A stretch of DNA of 64,000 bases from Sminthopsis crassicaudata (Eukaryota), in the NCBI RefSeq assembly GCF_048593235.1, contig NC_133617.1, forward strand, positions 674,726,958 to 674,790,957, read 5' to 3'. The translations under genes were made by a program, and so were the position numbers. Shown here piece after piece: positions 24,458 through 35,836 of this stretch (within the stretch, counting starts at the first letter, position 1; every line of letters starts with the position of its first letter). The notes beneath the pieces are model-generated. The model had not been told where the DNA came from and ran no database searches. It worked only from the letters and a program-made list of their open reading frames with translations.

Positions 24458-25620
24458 TTTATTTTATTTTATAATTATAACATTTTTTGATAGTACATAT
24501 GCATGGGTAATTTTTTACAACATTATCCCTTACACTTACTTCTATTCAGATTTTTTCCCTTCCTCCCCCAACCCCCTCCCCCAGATGGTAAGCAGTCTTA
24601 TATATGTTAAATATATTACAGTATAATTTAGATACAATATATGTGTGTAGAACCGAATTTTTTTGTTGCACAGGAAGAATTGGATTCAGAAGGTAAAAAT
24701 AACAGTTTACATTCATTTCCCAGTGTTCCTTTTCTGGATGTAGCTGGTTCTGTCCATCATTAATCAATTGGAATTGGATTAGCTCTTCTCTATGTTGAAG
24801 AAATCCACTTCCATCAGCATACATCCTCGTACAATATCATTGTTGAAGTGTATAATGATCTTCTGGTTCTGCTCGTTTCACTCAGCATCAGTTGATGTAA
24901 GTCTCTCCAAGCCTCTCTGTATTTCTCCTGTTGGTCATTTCTTATAGAACAATAATATTCCATAACATTCATATACCATAGTTTACCCAACCATTCTCCA
25001 ATTGATGGACATCCATTCATCTTCCAGCTTCTAGCCACTATGAAAAGGGCTGCCACAAACATTTTGGCACATACAGGTATGTCCCCTTTTCTTGTCTGAC
25101 ACTGAGATCACTCTAGTGTTGGTCTTTTATCACCTCACATCTTGATAACTATGCTGGCTTGCTGGTGGGTCTCTCCCCACAGAGATATCTTCTACCAGTC
25201 ATTAAAATTATTTTCCTAAAGTGCAGGTCTGATTATGTCACTCCCTTACTCAATAAACTTCAGTGGTTCCCTATCACCTCCAAGAGCAAATACAAAGTGC
25301 TCTTTTTGGCATTCAAAATCTTTCATATCTTTGCCCTCCTACCTTTGTAATCTTCTTACACCATAGTCCCTGCATACTCTTTGATCCAGTGATACTGGGG
25401 CTCCTGGTTGGTCCATGGATAAGATACTTCATCTCTCAACTCAAGTATATTCTCCAGCTATCCTCCATATGTAAAACACTCTCCCATTTCTGTTCTGCTT
25501 ATTGATGCTCCTGGTTTCCTTTAACTCCCAACTAAAATTCCATCTTTTACTGGAAGTCTTCTCCAAGCCCTCTAAATTCTAGTACCTTTACATTTTTAAC
25601 TATTTCCATTATCATGTATA
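23700..25620 (-). mobile_element. L2 LINE, interrupted by a younger L1
   Basis: Pyrimidine-rich L2 body (ctctttgctgatgattctcaaatctac) on both sides of the L1 at 24423-25077. Approximate. Confidence 0.7.
24423..25077 (-). mobile_element. Young 5'-truncated L1 with 16-bp TSD
   Basis: ORF2 C-terminus in ORF 24814-25062 (MFVAALFIVARSWKMNGCPSIGEWLGKLWY), pure T run of about 30 nt, TSD TATGTCCCCTTTTCTT at 24407-24422 and 25078-25093. Confidence 0.93.
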
Positions 25621-25849
25621 TGTGCCCTAATTTGTATATATGTATCCTTCATATATATATATGAATGGTACTGGAGTGATTTGTCATTTTCTTTTCTGTT
25701 CATAATGGGGAAATTGAGACAAAAAGGGTTAAGTGACTTGCCTGGGTCATACAGCTAGTAAATGAAGCTATATTTGAATTCAGGAAAAAAAATCTTCCTA
25801 ACTCCAGGCCTTCCACTTTATTACCTACTTGCCTGCCTGGCACACAGTA

Positions 25850-26620
25850 AGGTGCTAAAGTACTGCTTATTTCTATACTTACAATTTGATCCAGCAGTGT
25901 CACTACTGAGTCTATATGCTAGAGATCATAAAAAAGGGAAAAGGACTCACATGTGCAAAAATGTTGGTAGTAGCCATTTTTGTGGTGGGAAGGAACTGGA
26001 AAGTGAATGGATGTCCCTCAGTTGGGGAATGGCTGAATAAGTTATGGTATATGAATGTAATGGAATATAAAATATCATTTCCATAAGAAATGACAAGCAG
26101 GCTGATTTCAGAAAAGCCTGAAAAGACTTAAAAGAACTGATGCTGTGAAGTGAGCAAAGTCGAGAACATTGTATACAGCAACAAGATTATGTAATCATCA
26201 ACTGCAATGGACTTGATTCTTTTCAACAATTAAATGATTCAAAATAAATCCAATAGACTTGTGATGGAAAGAGCCATTTGCATCTACATCCAGAGAGAGC
26301 ACTATGGGACCGAATGCGACTTAATGCATAGTATTTTCCATTTTTTTTTTGTTGTTTTTTGTTTGCTTGTTTCTTTTTTCTTTCTTGAGGTTTTTTCCCT
26401 TTTGATCTGATTTTTCTTGTTTAATATAAGGAATATGGAAATATGTTTAAAAGAATTGCACATATTTAACCTCTTCTATCAGATTGCTTGCTGTTTTGGG
26501 GAGGGGAAGGGAAGAAGGGAGAAAAATGAAGAACACAAAGTTTTTTTTAAAAATGTACATTGAAAATTATCTACACGTATATGGAAAAATAAAACACTAC
26601 TGAAAATTTTTAAAAAGGGA
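25850..26620 (+). mobile_element. L1 3' end fragment
   Basis: tttgatccagcagtgtcactactg ... tggctgaataagttatggtatatgaatg, 3' UTR and A-rich tail. Confidence 0.8.
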
Positions 26621-27049
26621 AAAAAACTATTTTGTTTCATTTGGTAAACTTTTACTGAGTGTCTACCATGTGAAATTTGTTACAAAACAAAATTCCTTTG
26701 TCAGGAAAGATATGGTTTCCCAAAAAACTTGAACAAATCTGTATTTTTTTTTCAATTTTACATGAAACATTTAAAGAAATGCTTTAAATCACTGCTCTGT
26801 ACCCTTAACTTTAGAATATAATTTAGGATATGCCATGGAAAACGGCAATTTCATGATAAAATCACACTTTTATAATGAAGGCCCTTAGAATTTAAGTAGT
26901 GCAGATCTTTCAGCCCAAGACATGAACCCAGATACTATTTCAGCATCATGACGCTGATAAATCTCAGCTATGGCACTCACCAATACTTTCCCCTTCCTTC
27001 AACACGGACACCTTATCAGGACAATCTGAGAATACACAACCTACAATGA

Positions 27050-29000
27050 CGTCTGGTCCCTCCGTCCGGTTTCTTTAAGAGCTCTAAGTGACTTACCTGT
27101 TTACAGGTAACGGTTCTGAAGGATGCAGAATTCCTGAAGGCGACAATCAGACGCCGTTATCTGCAGGAGCCCAAGAGAGCACATTTGATTCTGGCGGGAC
27201 TCATCCGTCGGAGGTTGTCTGGACTCCTTCTGACGGACTTTGGGGATCCCGTCCGAAGCCGTATTTTCAGAGTCCCAGCGTGGGAAGAGAGCGATTCACT
27301 TCCGTTCTCCAGGCCTCCGTTTCCCTAGCTAGGTGTGGGGAAGGAGAATAGACAATTAGACAAGAGGGGGGATCGTGGGTTCCAGCTCTGCCATTCTGGG
27401 AGTCAAAGCCCAGGGAGGGATGAGGTGGCGGGGCCTCCGGAAGGCCCAGGACCCTCCCGGGGGGCGGGGCAGTTCCCTGGAGTGGGTGGGTAGGAGCCTC
27501 GAGCCCACCCGGGAGTCCCCGTAGGATCGGGGTGGGGGGAGGGGAGAGAAGAGTTTTTTCCCCGGGATTCCTCGGCCGCCACTAGTCCCTTCCCCGCGGT
27601 GTTCCAGGAGACGTGAGGGCCTTCTTGTCCTCACGGAGGAAGTTATGACTGCGCCAGCCTTCTACCCCCAAGCCAGGTCACAGCTCCTCATCCCGAACCC
27701 AGACAGAGCAGGGAACCAGCAGCGCCGGGCCACTTCCTCACCTGCTACCTGAGAAGCAGTCTTCGAGCCCGACTCAAGCCCCACCCATAGAGCCTGGACC
27801 CGCCTGGGCCCGCCCCGCACGCATCCACTACAGTCCCCGCCACCTCAGCGCCGATGGACCGCGGCTAGCCATTCGAAAGGGCTCGGGGTTGCCCAAGACA
27901 CTGCCTGATGGACCCCGTCCTCTTCCTTCCCTTCTAAACTAGAAGAAAGGGCTGTGCCATCCCCGTGTCTCACCTGTCACCCCCGCCTTTCATCTGCAGT
28001 ATTTCTAAGCCCCTCTCTCTCCCCCTCGTAGCCACGGTAACTGCGGGTTTGACAGCGAGGGCTCTCGCGCAAGCAGGCAGAGTGTTGGCCGCCCGTACCG
28101 CAAGGGGTCTTCGAAGTAGCGAGGAACCCGTTGCCATAGGGACGCGACGCGAGCCGGTGGCCGTTGGACAGCCAAGTAACTTTCGGGACCGAGTCCGGTG
28201 GTCGGGGCTGCAGCACCCCGCTTGGAGTCGGCACCCACGGCGACTCCTCCCCGGGGACGGAATGCTTCCCTCCGGCAATCCCAGCAGCCTCCGCCCGCGC
28301 CTCAGTCGCGCCAGGTCCAAGCCAGCCCCGAAGGCACACGTGGCTTAGCGATGGGGCGGGGCGGGCCGAGCGGGCCGGCCTGCGCGGTGAGGACATCCGC
28401 TTCCGGGATCCAGCTCTCTGCGCACCCGAGTCGCGCTACTCGGCCCCAGCCCCCGAATCTGCTGCCGCCACCGCCTCCTTCGCCAGGCCTCTCCAACAGC
28501 GTCGACCCGAGCCGCTCCCATTCCAGATCCCCGAAGCGTAATTCCTCGGCGTCCTTGCAGCGTCGCCTGGCCCCGAAGGCAGTCATGTTGGACGGACTGA
28601 GCTCGCTGCCCACGCAGATGGTGAGTGCGCCCGGGCAGGCTTCGTGTGCCCGGCGCCCGCCTGCGCTCCAGCAGCTTCCACTCCCGGGGACCGAGCTGGT
28701 GCAGGAGCAGGCCTTTCCCGGCTGCCCCCCCCCCGCCCCGCCCCCCGCTGCGTGTCCCTTCCTTTCCCGTGGCTCTCGCCCTTCTGGCTCGGAGTTCTGG
28801 GCTTCTCCTTGCGCGCTCTGTGATGCTCAGCTCATTTGAACTTGTCAGGGCATTTATCGTGTCTCCTTCCAGCCCCTCACCAGCCCTCACGCCCCGCCTT
28901 CGTCCTCTGACTTCGGCCGTCTTTACCTTCCCCTAATTTAGTTTTGTCCGAGTTCCCGGGCCCTGCGCCCCGCCCCCCTCCCCCATCGCTTCTCGTGGCC
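27050..29000. promoter_or_regulatory. CpG island / bidirectional promoter of GLT8D1 (-) and SPCS1 (+)
   Basis: High GC/CpG, GC boxes, ETS-type CGCTTCCGG near 28398, X-box-like motifs, divergent first exons. Boundaries approximate. Confidence 0.88.
27097..27328 (-). other. GLT8D1: Putative GLT8D1 5' UTR exon
   Basis: Consensus donor ACAG|GTAAGT (exon end 27097). Pyrimidine-rich acceptor ending CTAG at 27329 (alternative 4 nt on, at 27325). Further minus-strand donors CAG|GTGAGG (27742) and CAG|GTGAGA (27974) suggest alternative first exons. Confidence 0.6.
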
Positions 29001-32000
29001 GATCTGGGGCAAGATACAAATCAAAAATGATTGGTAAAAAATGAAGGGTTGTTGAAGTGGTGACTTTTCTGTTTTTTATTTCCCGCAGGATTATAAGGGT
29101 CAGAAGTTAGCTGAACAGATGTTTCAGGGAATTATTCTTTTTTCTGCAGTAAGTATCCGTCTTCGTTTGTTTAGCTTTCCTCAGCATAGCCTTTCCTAAT
29201 AAGATCTCTCTTTGCTCTAGGTAATTGGCTTTATCTATGGCTATGTGGCGGAACAGTTTGGTTGGACGGTCTATATTGTTATGGCTGGATTTGCTTTTTC
29301 GTGCTTGGTAAGAAATGCCCCTTTGGATCCTGCTTGTGGTTCTGGTCTTCATTTTGTAAGCACTGATGATGGAAGAGGGTGAGATGAAATTGGGTCCTGG
29401 ACACCGTCAGTCACATCTCCAGTGCTTGTCATTGGAACAGTCTGATAGATCCCCACTTGGTACGGAGATGCTGAGCTGTATACATCAGAGTGAGCAGTCC
29501 GACTTAGCTCCACCGAGACAATAGTCTTTAATTACGGGCCTGGAAGAATTTCTGGTGCTCTCCCTGTCTGGCCTGACCCCACTCAGGGCCCTCCGCCTCT
29601 GGGATAGGCACCCAGAATGTACCCTCGCCTATCTAGTTTACTCCCAAGCGCAGATCAAGGGCTCTCTTTTACATAAGGCCTTTCTAGAGGTTTCTTTCCC
29701 TCAAAATTATCTTGAATAAGCTTGTATATTTTTTCCCCTTGGATAGATTCTTCACTTCTTGAAGATAGTAACGTTTTCCCCTTTGTCCATGAATCCCCGG
29801 TGCTTATCATAGTGCCTGACAATCAGTTCTTTTTGGAGAAGGGAGCAAAGATGTTGAGTAAACTTCAAATATGAAAGACTAATCACCGATTTGATCAGTC
29901 AAGTGCCTGGGAATACCTCACAGGCTATTTAGGCATAGAGATATATGTATATGCATTTTCAGTGTGACATAGGCAAATGTGAGTGTTTCATACACATAGG
30001 ATTAGTCTGTTGGAGAGACTGCTGCTAAAAAAGTCCTTCCCCTTCTTCCATTTAGAAAGTATATGTATTTCTACAATCAGCCAACAAAGTACCTGCTGTG
30101 TGCCAGACATTGTATAGGATGCTGGGGATAAAAAGACAGAAATTAGTTCTTGTTCTCAAGGGGCTCGTAGTGTACACATGGTGACAAACGTATTATGTGT
30201 GTGTGTGAGAGAGAGTGTGTGTGTGTAAAGTAAAGACAAGGGGGAAGGCAGTAATAGAAAGTTGGTAATCAGGGAAGAGGAGGTGTATTTGAGCTAGGGA
30301 ACTTTAGAAGTGGAGGTGAAGGGGGAATGCATGGCAAATCTGGAAGGTAGTCTATAAATGTGCATGCAGAGTTTTAGAAAAGTAGAATATTATATGTGGA
30401 AATAATAGTAGAAGACCAATTTGGCTACGCTGGAATGTACAGTAATGGGGATGATGTGTAAGAATGTTTAAAAAAAAGGTAGGTTGGAACCAGGTGGTTA
30501 AATACTAAAGAGAGAAATTTGTGTTTGAACCTAGAAGAAATGAGGAATTACCAGAAAGTTCTTGAGCAGAGCAATGACAATTCATTCCATGCATTAGGAA
30601 TATTCTTTTGCAATTTATTTGGAGGCTGGATTAGAAGGGAAAGATGATATTAGGTGATTTCATTGTAGTAGGCCAGAATGTTATGAGGACCTTAACAAGG
30701 ATAGGAATCTTGTAAAGAGAAAGAATGGGACAGAAGAGGGATGTTACCATGATTTGTAACTGATTTGATTTGTGGGATGAGTTACAGGTGATACCTGTGT
30801 GATGAGATGATGGTGGTATACTCAACAGAGACAGGGAATTTGAGAAGACATTTGGGGACCAGTTCAAAATGTCCAGTAGGCAATTGGTATAGGGATAGAG
30901 ATAAGGATTGAGGTTATGGTTTAAAACTATATGCAACTTTGGGAATCATCTGCATAGAGATAATAATTAAACTATGGGAGCTGATTAGGTTTCCAAGTCA
31001 GAGTATAGAGATATAGGGGCAGCTAGGTGGCGCAGTGAATAGAGCACCAGCCCTGAAGTCAGAAGGACCTGAGTTCAAATGTGGTCTCAGACACTTAACA
31101 CTAACTGGCTGTGTGACCCTGGGAAAGTCACTTAACCTCAGCTGCCCAGGGGGTCAGGGGGAGAAGAGTATAGAGAAAGTAGTGCCATTTAAAAAAAAAA
31201 AAAAAAAGGCCATAGAGGAGAAAATATCTGTGATGATAAAATGGTTAATGGTATCAGGCCAGAGAAGTCAAAAAGGATTGAGAAACAGCTATCAAATCAT
31301 ATTTGACAAGAGAGCATTTTTGAAATGATGAGACAAGACGCTATACTGCAAGTTGCTGAGGAGAGGAAGTGTCAGAACAGCTAGTGTAAAGTTTTTTCTA
31401 GGAATTTGTGGGAAAGAGGACAGTAGTTTGGGGTATGTAAGGCCTAAAGATACTGGTCTTATTTCATTTTTTTAAAGTATAGGGAGACCTAGTTTTGGTT
31501 TGTAAGCAGCAGCAGAGGGAACCAGGAAGAGATTAAAGCCTTGAGAAGATGGTGATTGAATAGGGGCAATATATAGAAGAAAACAAGAGGGAATGGGATC
31601 AAACATACAAGTAAAAGGACTGATCTTCATCACATACTGGAACAAAGAAAAAAACAGAAGATGTCCAGGGAAGAAAAGGGAGCCAATACTGAATGGCTTT
31701 TATTTTCTCTGAAAAATATAATGGCTTCTGCTGAGATGGTAGAGGCGGCTTAGGAGAGAAGAGTTTGGTACAGCCCTGAGAGACAGTTACAATACATACA
31801 AATTAAGAAGTCCACATTCCTATATATCTAAAACAGGAATCAGTTATAAGTTAGAGAAAAGATTTGTAGACTAATGATTCATATCATTTTAGACTTGAAT
31901 AAGGTATATATTTTTCCCTTCCCTTCTTCAAGCTGACACTTCCTCCATGGCCCATATATCGCCGACATCCCCTCAAATGGCTCCCTGTTCAAGACTCAGG

Positions 32001-32058
32001 ATCAGAAGACAAGAAACCAGCAGAGAAAAAAATAAAACGGCATCCTAAAAATAACTGA
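28585..32058 (+). CDS. SPCS1: Signal peptidase complex subunit 1, 4 exons, 102 aa
   Basis: Exons 28585-28620, 29089-29148, 29221-29307, 31933-32058. [81 protein letters not shown]...KRHPKNN*, two TM segments typical of SPC12. Confidence 0.97.
30080..31750 (+). mobile_element. L2 fragments in SPCS1 intron 3, with inserted WSINE1 and a GT/GA microsatellite
   Basis: L2-like purine-rich sequence; (GT)n/(GA)n near 30195-30225. Approximate. Confidence 0.6.
31016..31148 (+). mobile_element. WSINE1-type marsupial SINE
   Basis: ggggcagctaggtggcgcagtgaatagagcacc (A box) ... gagttcaaat (B box) ... gtgtgaccctgggaaagtcacttaac. Confidence 0.9.
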
Positions 32059-32124
32059 AACATTCTAAGATTCAACCTTACAATACTCAAATCTGTTCTT
32101 TGTGAAATTTGTCATTTCCAAAAC

Positions 32125-32446
32125 AATAAAAGTACCTACATTGCAGAGCTATGCTTAGAATTCATTATCTATTGTTTACTAAGAACAATTGGGTTTTATT
32201 CATAAACATTTTTAGCTTCTGGCTTCATAAATTTCTTGTGAAATGAAAAGTATTTGTCATGTGGAACATGCCTTGCAATTGTAATTGCAAGTTCTTCGTT
32301 TGAAGCATACTAGTATTTAATAGATGACTGTTACAATTAACTATTTTATACACTGCATTTTGAATTAATTAAAAAGTTGGGTTTTTTTTCAATAAAACAA
32401 AGCCACTCCAATATTACATTGATTAAAGGGTCTTTTGTACAATAAA
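32125..32446 (+). terminator. SPCS1 polyadenylation signals
   Basis: AATAAA at 32125, 32391 and 32441 downstream of the stop. The last is followed by a T/GT-rich tract. Confidence 0.6.
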
Positions 32447-32542
32447 GACAAAAACTAGTTTTTATTGTGTTACTGCTTTTGTGAATGAAAGTACACTTGT
32501 ATACCACTTCTGTGGCTGCCTCTTAAAAAGATTTTTAATACT

Positions 32543-32687
32543 TTTTTTTTTTTTTGTTTTTCTGAGGCTGGAATTAAGTGACTTGCCCAGGGTCACACAG
32601 CTAGGAAGTGTTAAGAGTCTGAGACCAGATTTGAACTTGGGTCCTCCTGAATTCAAGGCTGGTGCTCTATCTACCTAGCTGCTCCCA
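32543..32687 (-). mobile_element. WSINE1-type SINE with TSD
   Basis: Reverse-complement SINE with T tail. TSD TTTTTAATACT at 32532-32542 and 32691-32701. Confidence 0.9.
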
Positions 32688-33214
32688 AGGTTTTTAATAC
32701 TCTTAATATGAATCACCCTTTTCCCTCAAATGCAGTAAGTAACTTTTTGAATGATTAAGCAATAATTCTCAGTAAAATAGTTATTGCTCTAAGCATTCAC
32801 TAAATGGGATTTTGGGATCTGTGACTTGCTATTCTGCTTTTATAGTACATTTCTAATTGCTAATTAACTAATGCTGCTGACAGCTACAAAGTTCTGCATC
32901 TATGCTTTCTCTCTGAAGTAGGCTGAAGAAACTAGAAAGCTCATTCCAAGAAGTAGGAAGTAGAAGGTGGATGGCATGAATTCCAAACTAATATGGAATA
33001 GATAGTTAAAACATTTTAAGAATGAGCTAATGGTTAGCGAAGTAGAATGTATTTTATGACAAAAGTCTATCAAACTTGACAAAGCCTCTTATAAGGAACA
33101 GGAATATTTAAGTCATAGAAACAATTTAGATAGCTTTCGGGCATACTAGTCTTTTTGAACTAAGGATTCTCTTAACACAGGCCTTATAGGGAAGTGAGCT
33201 GTCCATCCATGATG

Positions 33215-33669
33215 TGTAATCTCTAAAATATTATAATCTCTGGGAACAGGTTGGGGGGGGAGCTTCTGGGAGCAGCCTTAGTTTCAGCTCACTGTAACCA
33301 CCCTAAATGCAGCCAGTTGTTAACGTCCAAATCCTTTATTGTCTCTTCCAAAATCTTAACTCTTTTTATTTACTTGGGGCTCAGCTAGTTTTCTGGAGGC
33401 CTTCCGGATCTTGGTTTCAGTGTTCTCCACAGGACAGCCTGCCACCACTTCTCTTGTGTACCTTCATTCTGCCCTACTGAATCGTGGCTTCTCAATCTCC
33501 CAGAGTCCCTCCTGGTTGAGGCTTCTAGCTTATATATGTTCTCTTAAAGGTGTGAATGTTGTAGAACTGTAGTAAGTACTAAGTACCTCTAGAGAACTGT
33601 TAAGCACCATGCTAAACAACCACTCTATCAATTCCACTGACTTAGCACCTTGTAAGAATTCTAATAACA
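33215..33669 (-). mobile_element. Solo ERV LTR, 455 bp, with 6-bp target-site duplication
   Basis: TG...CA termini, ATGATG on both sides (33209-33214 and 33670-33675). On the minus strand a TATATAA near 33530 precedes AATAAA at 33370-33365 and 33340-33335. Confidence 0.85.
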
Positions 33670-34298
33670 ATGATGGAACTTAAAGGCTAAGTGACCACTT
33701 CTCAACATAGAAAAGATTACTTTCATGGAGGGAAGATTTAACCAGATGACACAATCAGAATATGGAGCTAGAATTGGCCTTGGAGAAGACCTCTAAAAGA
33801 AGTATGATTTCCATTTCTAAATCCTGGGTTTAGAGACTCAGGAAACCGAATTAATAATCATAACCTTATTCTCCCACACAAACCTAATATATTGTTATAA
33901 TAAATCAGCAGGCAAGATTTGTAGGAGTTCTTTGGAACTGGAAAGCACCTTTAAGAACATTGATTTCAATTTTTAAAACATAGGATAAACTTCCTTAGGA
34001 AGTTTTATTATATAGCAGCAGGTAAAAAGAAAAATAGTATGTGTTAATTGGTGTATTCAACTATCCTTGGTTCTCTCTTTCCAAATCTGAGGCTTGTCAT
34101 CACACCATAATGCTGCTTCTATGGTTTCTTTGAATTGGAGAACAGTAGAACTAGTGCTATTTATTAATAAAATTCATGACAGTGTAATGGTTTATAAAGT
34201 GTGTGGTACTAAAAGAATATCTTGCAAATTTACTTCTGAGATTTTCACATATTATTACTTGGTTTCAAGTTCTTAAAAGATTCAAGTTGTCATCTAAG

Positions 34299-34518
34299 GC
34301 CTTATAGGGAAGTGAACTGTCCATCCATGATGTGTAATCTTCTCTAAAATATAATCTCTGGGAGCAGCCTTAGTTTCAGCTCACTGTAACCATCCCAAAT
34401 GCAGCCAGTTGTTAACCTCCAAATCCTTTATTGTCTCTTCCAAAATCTTAACTCTTTTTATTTACTTGGGGCTCGGCTAGTTTTCTGGAGGCCTTCCGGA
34501 TCTTGGTTTCAGTGTTCT
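34299..34518. repeat. Direct local copy of 33181-33426 (host flank plus LTR end)
   Basis: Near-identical to 33181-33426 apart from a few substitutions and one internal deletion. Flanked by CATCTAAG at 34291-34298 and 34519-34526. Confidence 0.92.
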
Positions 34519-35506
34519 CATCTAAGTTGTTACATTTTAACAAACTCTACAATAGCCTAGTTTAAAAAAAAAGTAGAACCAGAAGGGATGCAATATTGCA
34601 AAGGTTTTTATAGCATGCAAAGTGGTAAATAATTTACAAAATAGAAAAATGTCTCAAGTATTAAAATGTTAGCATTTCTCTAATGCAGTTCCATTTACAT
34701 AGCATTTTAAGGCTTACAAAGATTTTTCCTTACAATAGCCTTTGAGGTAGGTAGTTTTAAGTATTGTTTCACAGTAAATGAAGAAACCGATAGGGGTTAA
34801 TGGCCACATGCCCTCAAATTTTAGAAATAGGATTTGAACCCAAGTCTTCTGATCCAAGTCCTGTACATTTTCCATTACATTGGAAATTTACTGAACAAAT
34901 TTTATTTTACAAAATTCTTTTTATTTGCTTCATAACAATTTTACCTCATAAAAAAACAATTACTAGAATATACACAGTAGACCTTTAAAACAAAGAAGGA
35001 TAATAAGTGTCATGATATAAAATAAGGGAGATTATGCAAAGAAGCTGAATTCTATATTTCAAGAGACATAAAATGCCTCAAATTCAGCCTAAAAGCACCT
35101 GTATTTTACTTACAAATTGTTTCATTCCAAAAGGAATTAGTATTCAGGGCATGTTTTGGCTGATGAAAAAATTAATTAAAGCCAGTATATAAATATATAC
35201 TGAATAAATAAGCCAAAAGCACAAATTAAATAGGTTCAGTCTGCAAGTATGTTGTTCAAACTAAAAGCAATTAATTTTAAAATCTTTGTAAGTGTATAAA
35301 TAATTATGTATAGCTCCATTCTTCAAATCTATAAAGATCATGCACTGACTTCCAATTTTATCATCTACCATTGTAGTACTGATATTATCACCACCATGTA
35401 CTTATCAGGCCTACTAAATAAAGCCATTTGTTTAGGTAGTTTGTTACATTACTAGAGCCATCTAGAAAACCTCTGTTCTTATACTGATAGCACTGCTCTG
35501 GGAGGT

Positions 35507-35615
35507 TTTATTCTATTTTAGAATTTCTGGATATACAATGGTTTCAGGCTACTTAACCAAACAAGTCTCATGTAAAACATAAAATAATTTTCCCACAATG
35601 TGGTACCCATTTATT
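35507..35615 (-). terminator. Candidate proximal NEK4 polyadenylation signals
   Basis: Minus-strand AATAAA at 35615-35610 and 35512-35507, 0.2-0.3 kb past the NEK4 stop. Usage unknown. Confidence 0.4.
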
Positions 35616-35836
35616 CATTTTTTTAAAAAGCCTCTTCCTAAATTAGTCGACACAGCACTCATTCATATCCATTTTTAAACTCTTGCAAAATATAGAAATC
35701 CCAGGGGGAAAAAAAAAGACACTACATTTAAGTCACCAATCTGATGTTTGGTAGAGGTAATCTTCTTGGGTAAAACAATACCAAAAAAGTCTTGAAAAAT
35801 AAGTCTTCAGTTCTGGCAACAGATTAGAACAAATGC

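Noticed and set aside
27356-28936. Overlapping long ORFs in the second CpG island
   Set aside because: Same GC artefact; only the frame continuous with SPCS1 is kept as a finding.
29215-29226. AG|GTAATT at the SPCS1 exon 3 start as a recursive splice site
   Set aside because: The upstream intron is only 72 nt and the exon encodes a required TM segment; GTA is simply a Val codon.
31035-31328. Recurrent ORFs of the type [15 protein letters not shown] (also near 32462, 49277, 61887)
   Set aside because: Translations of WSINE1 copies, not a protein family.
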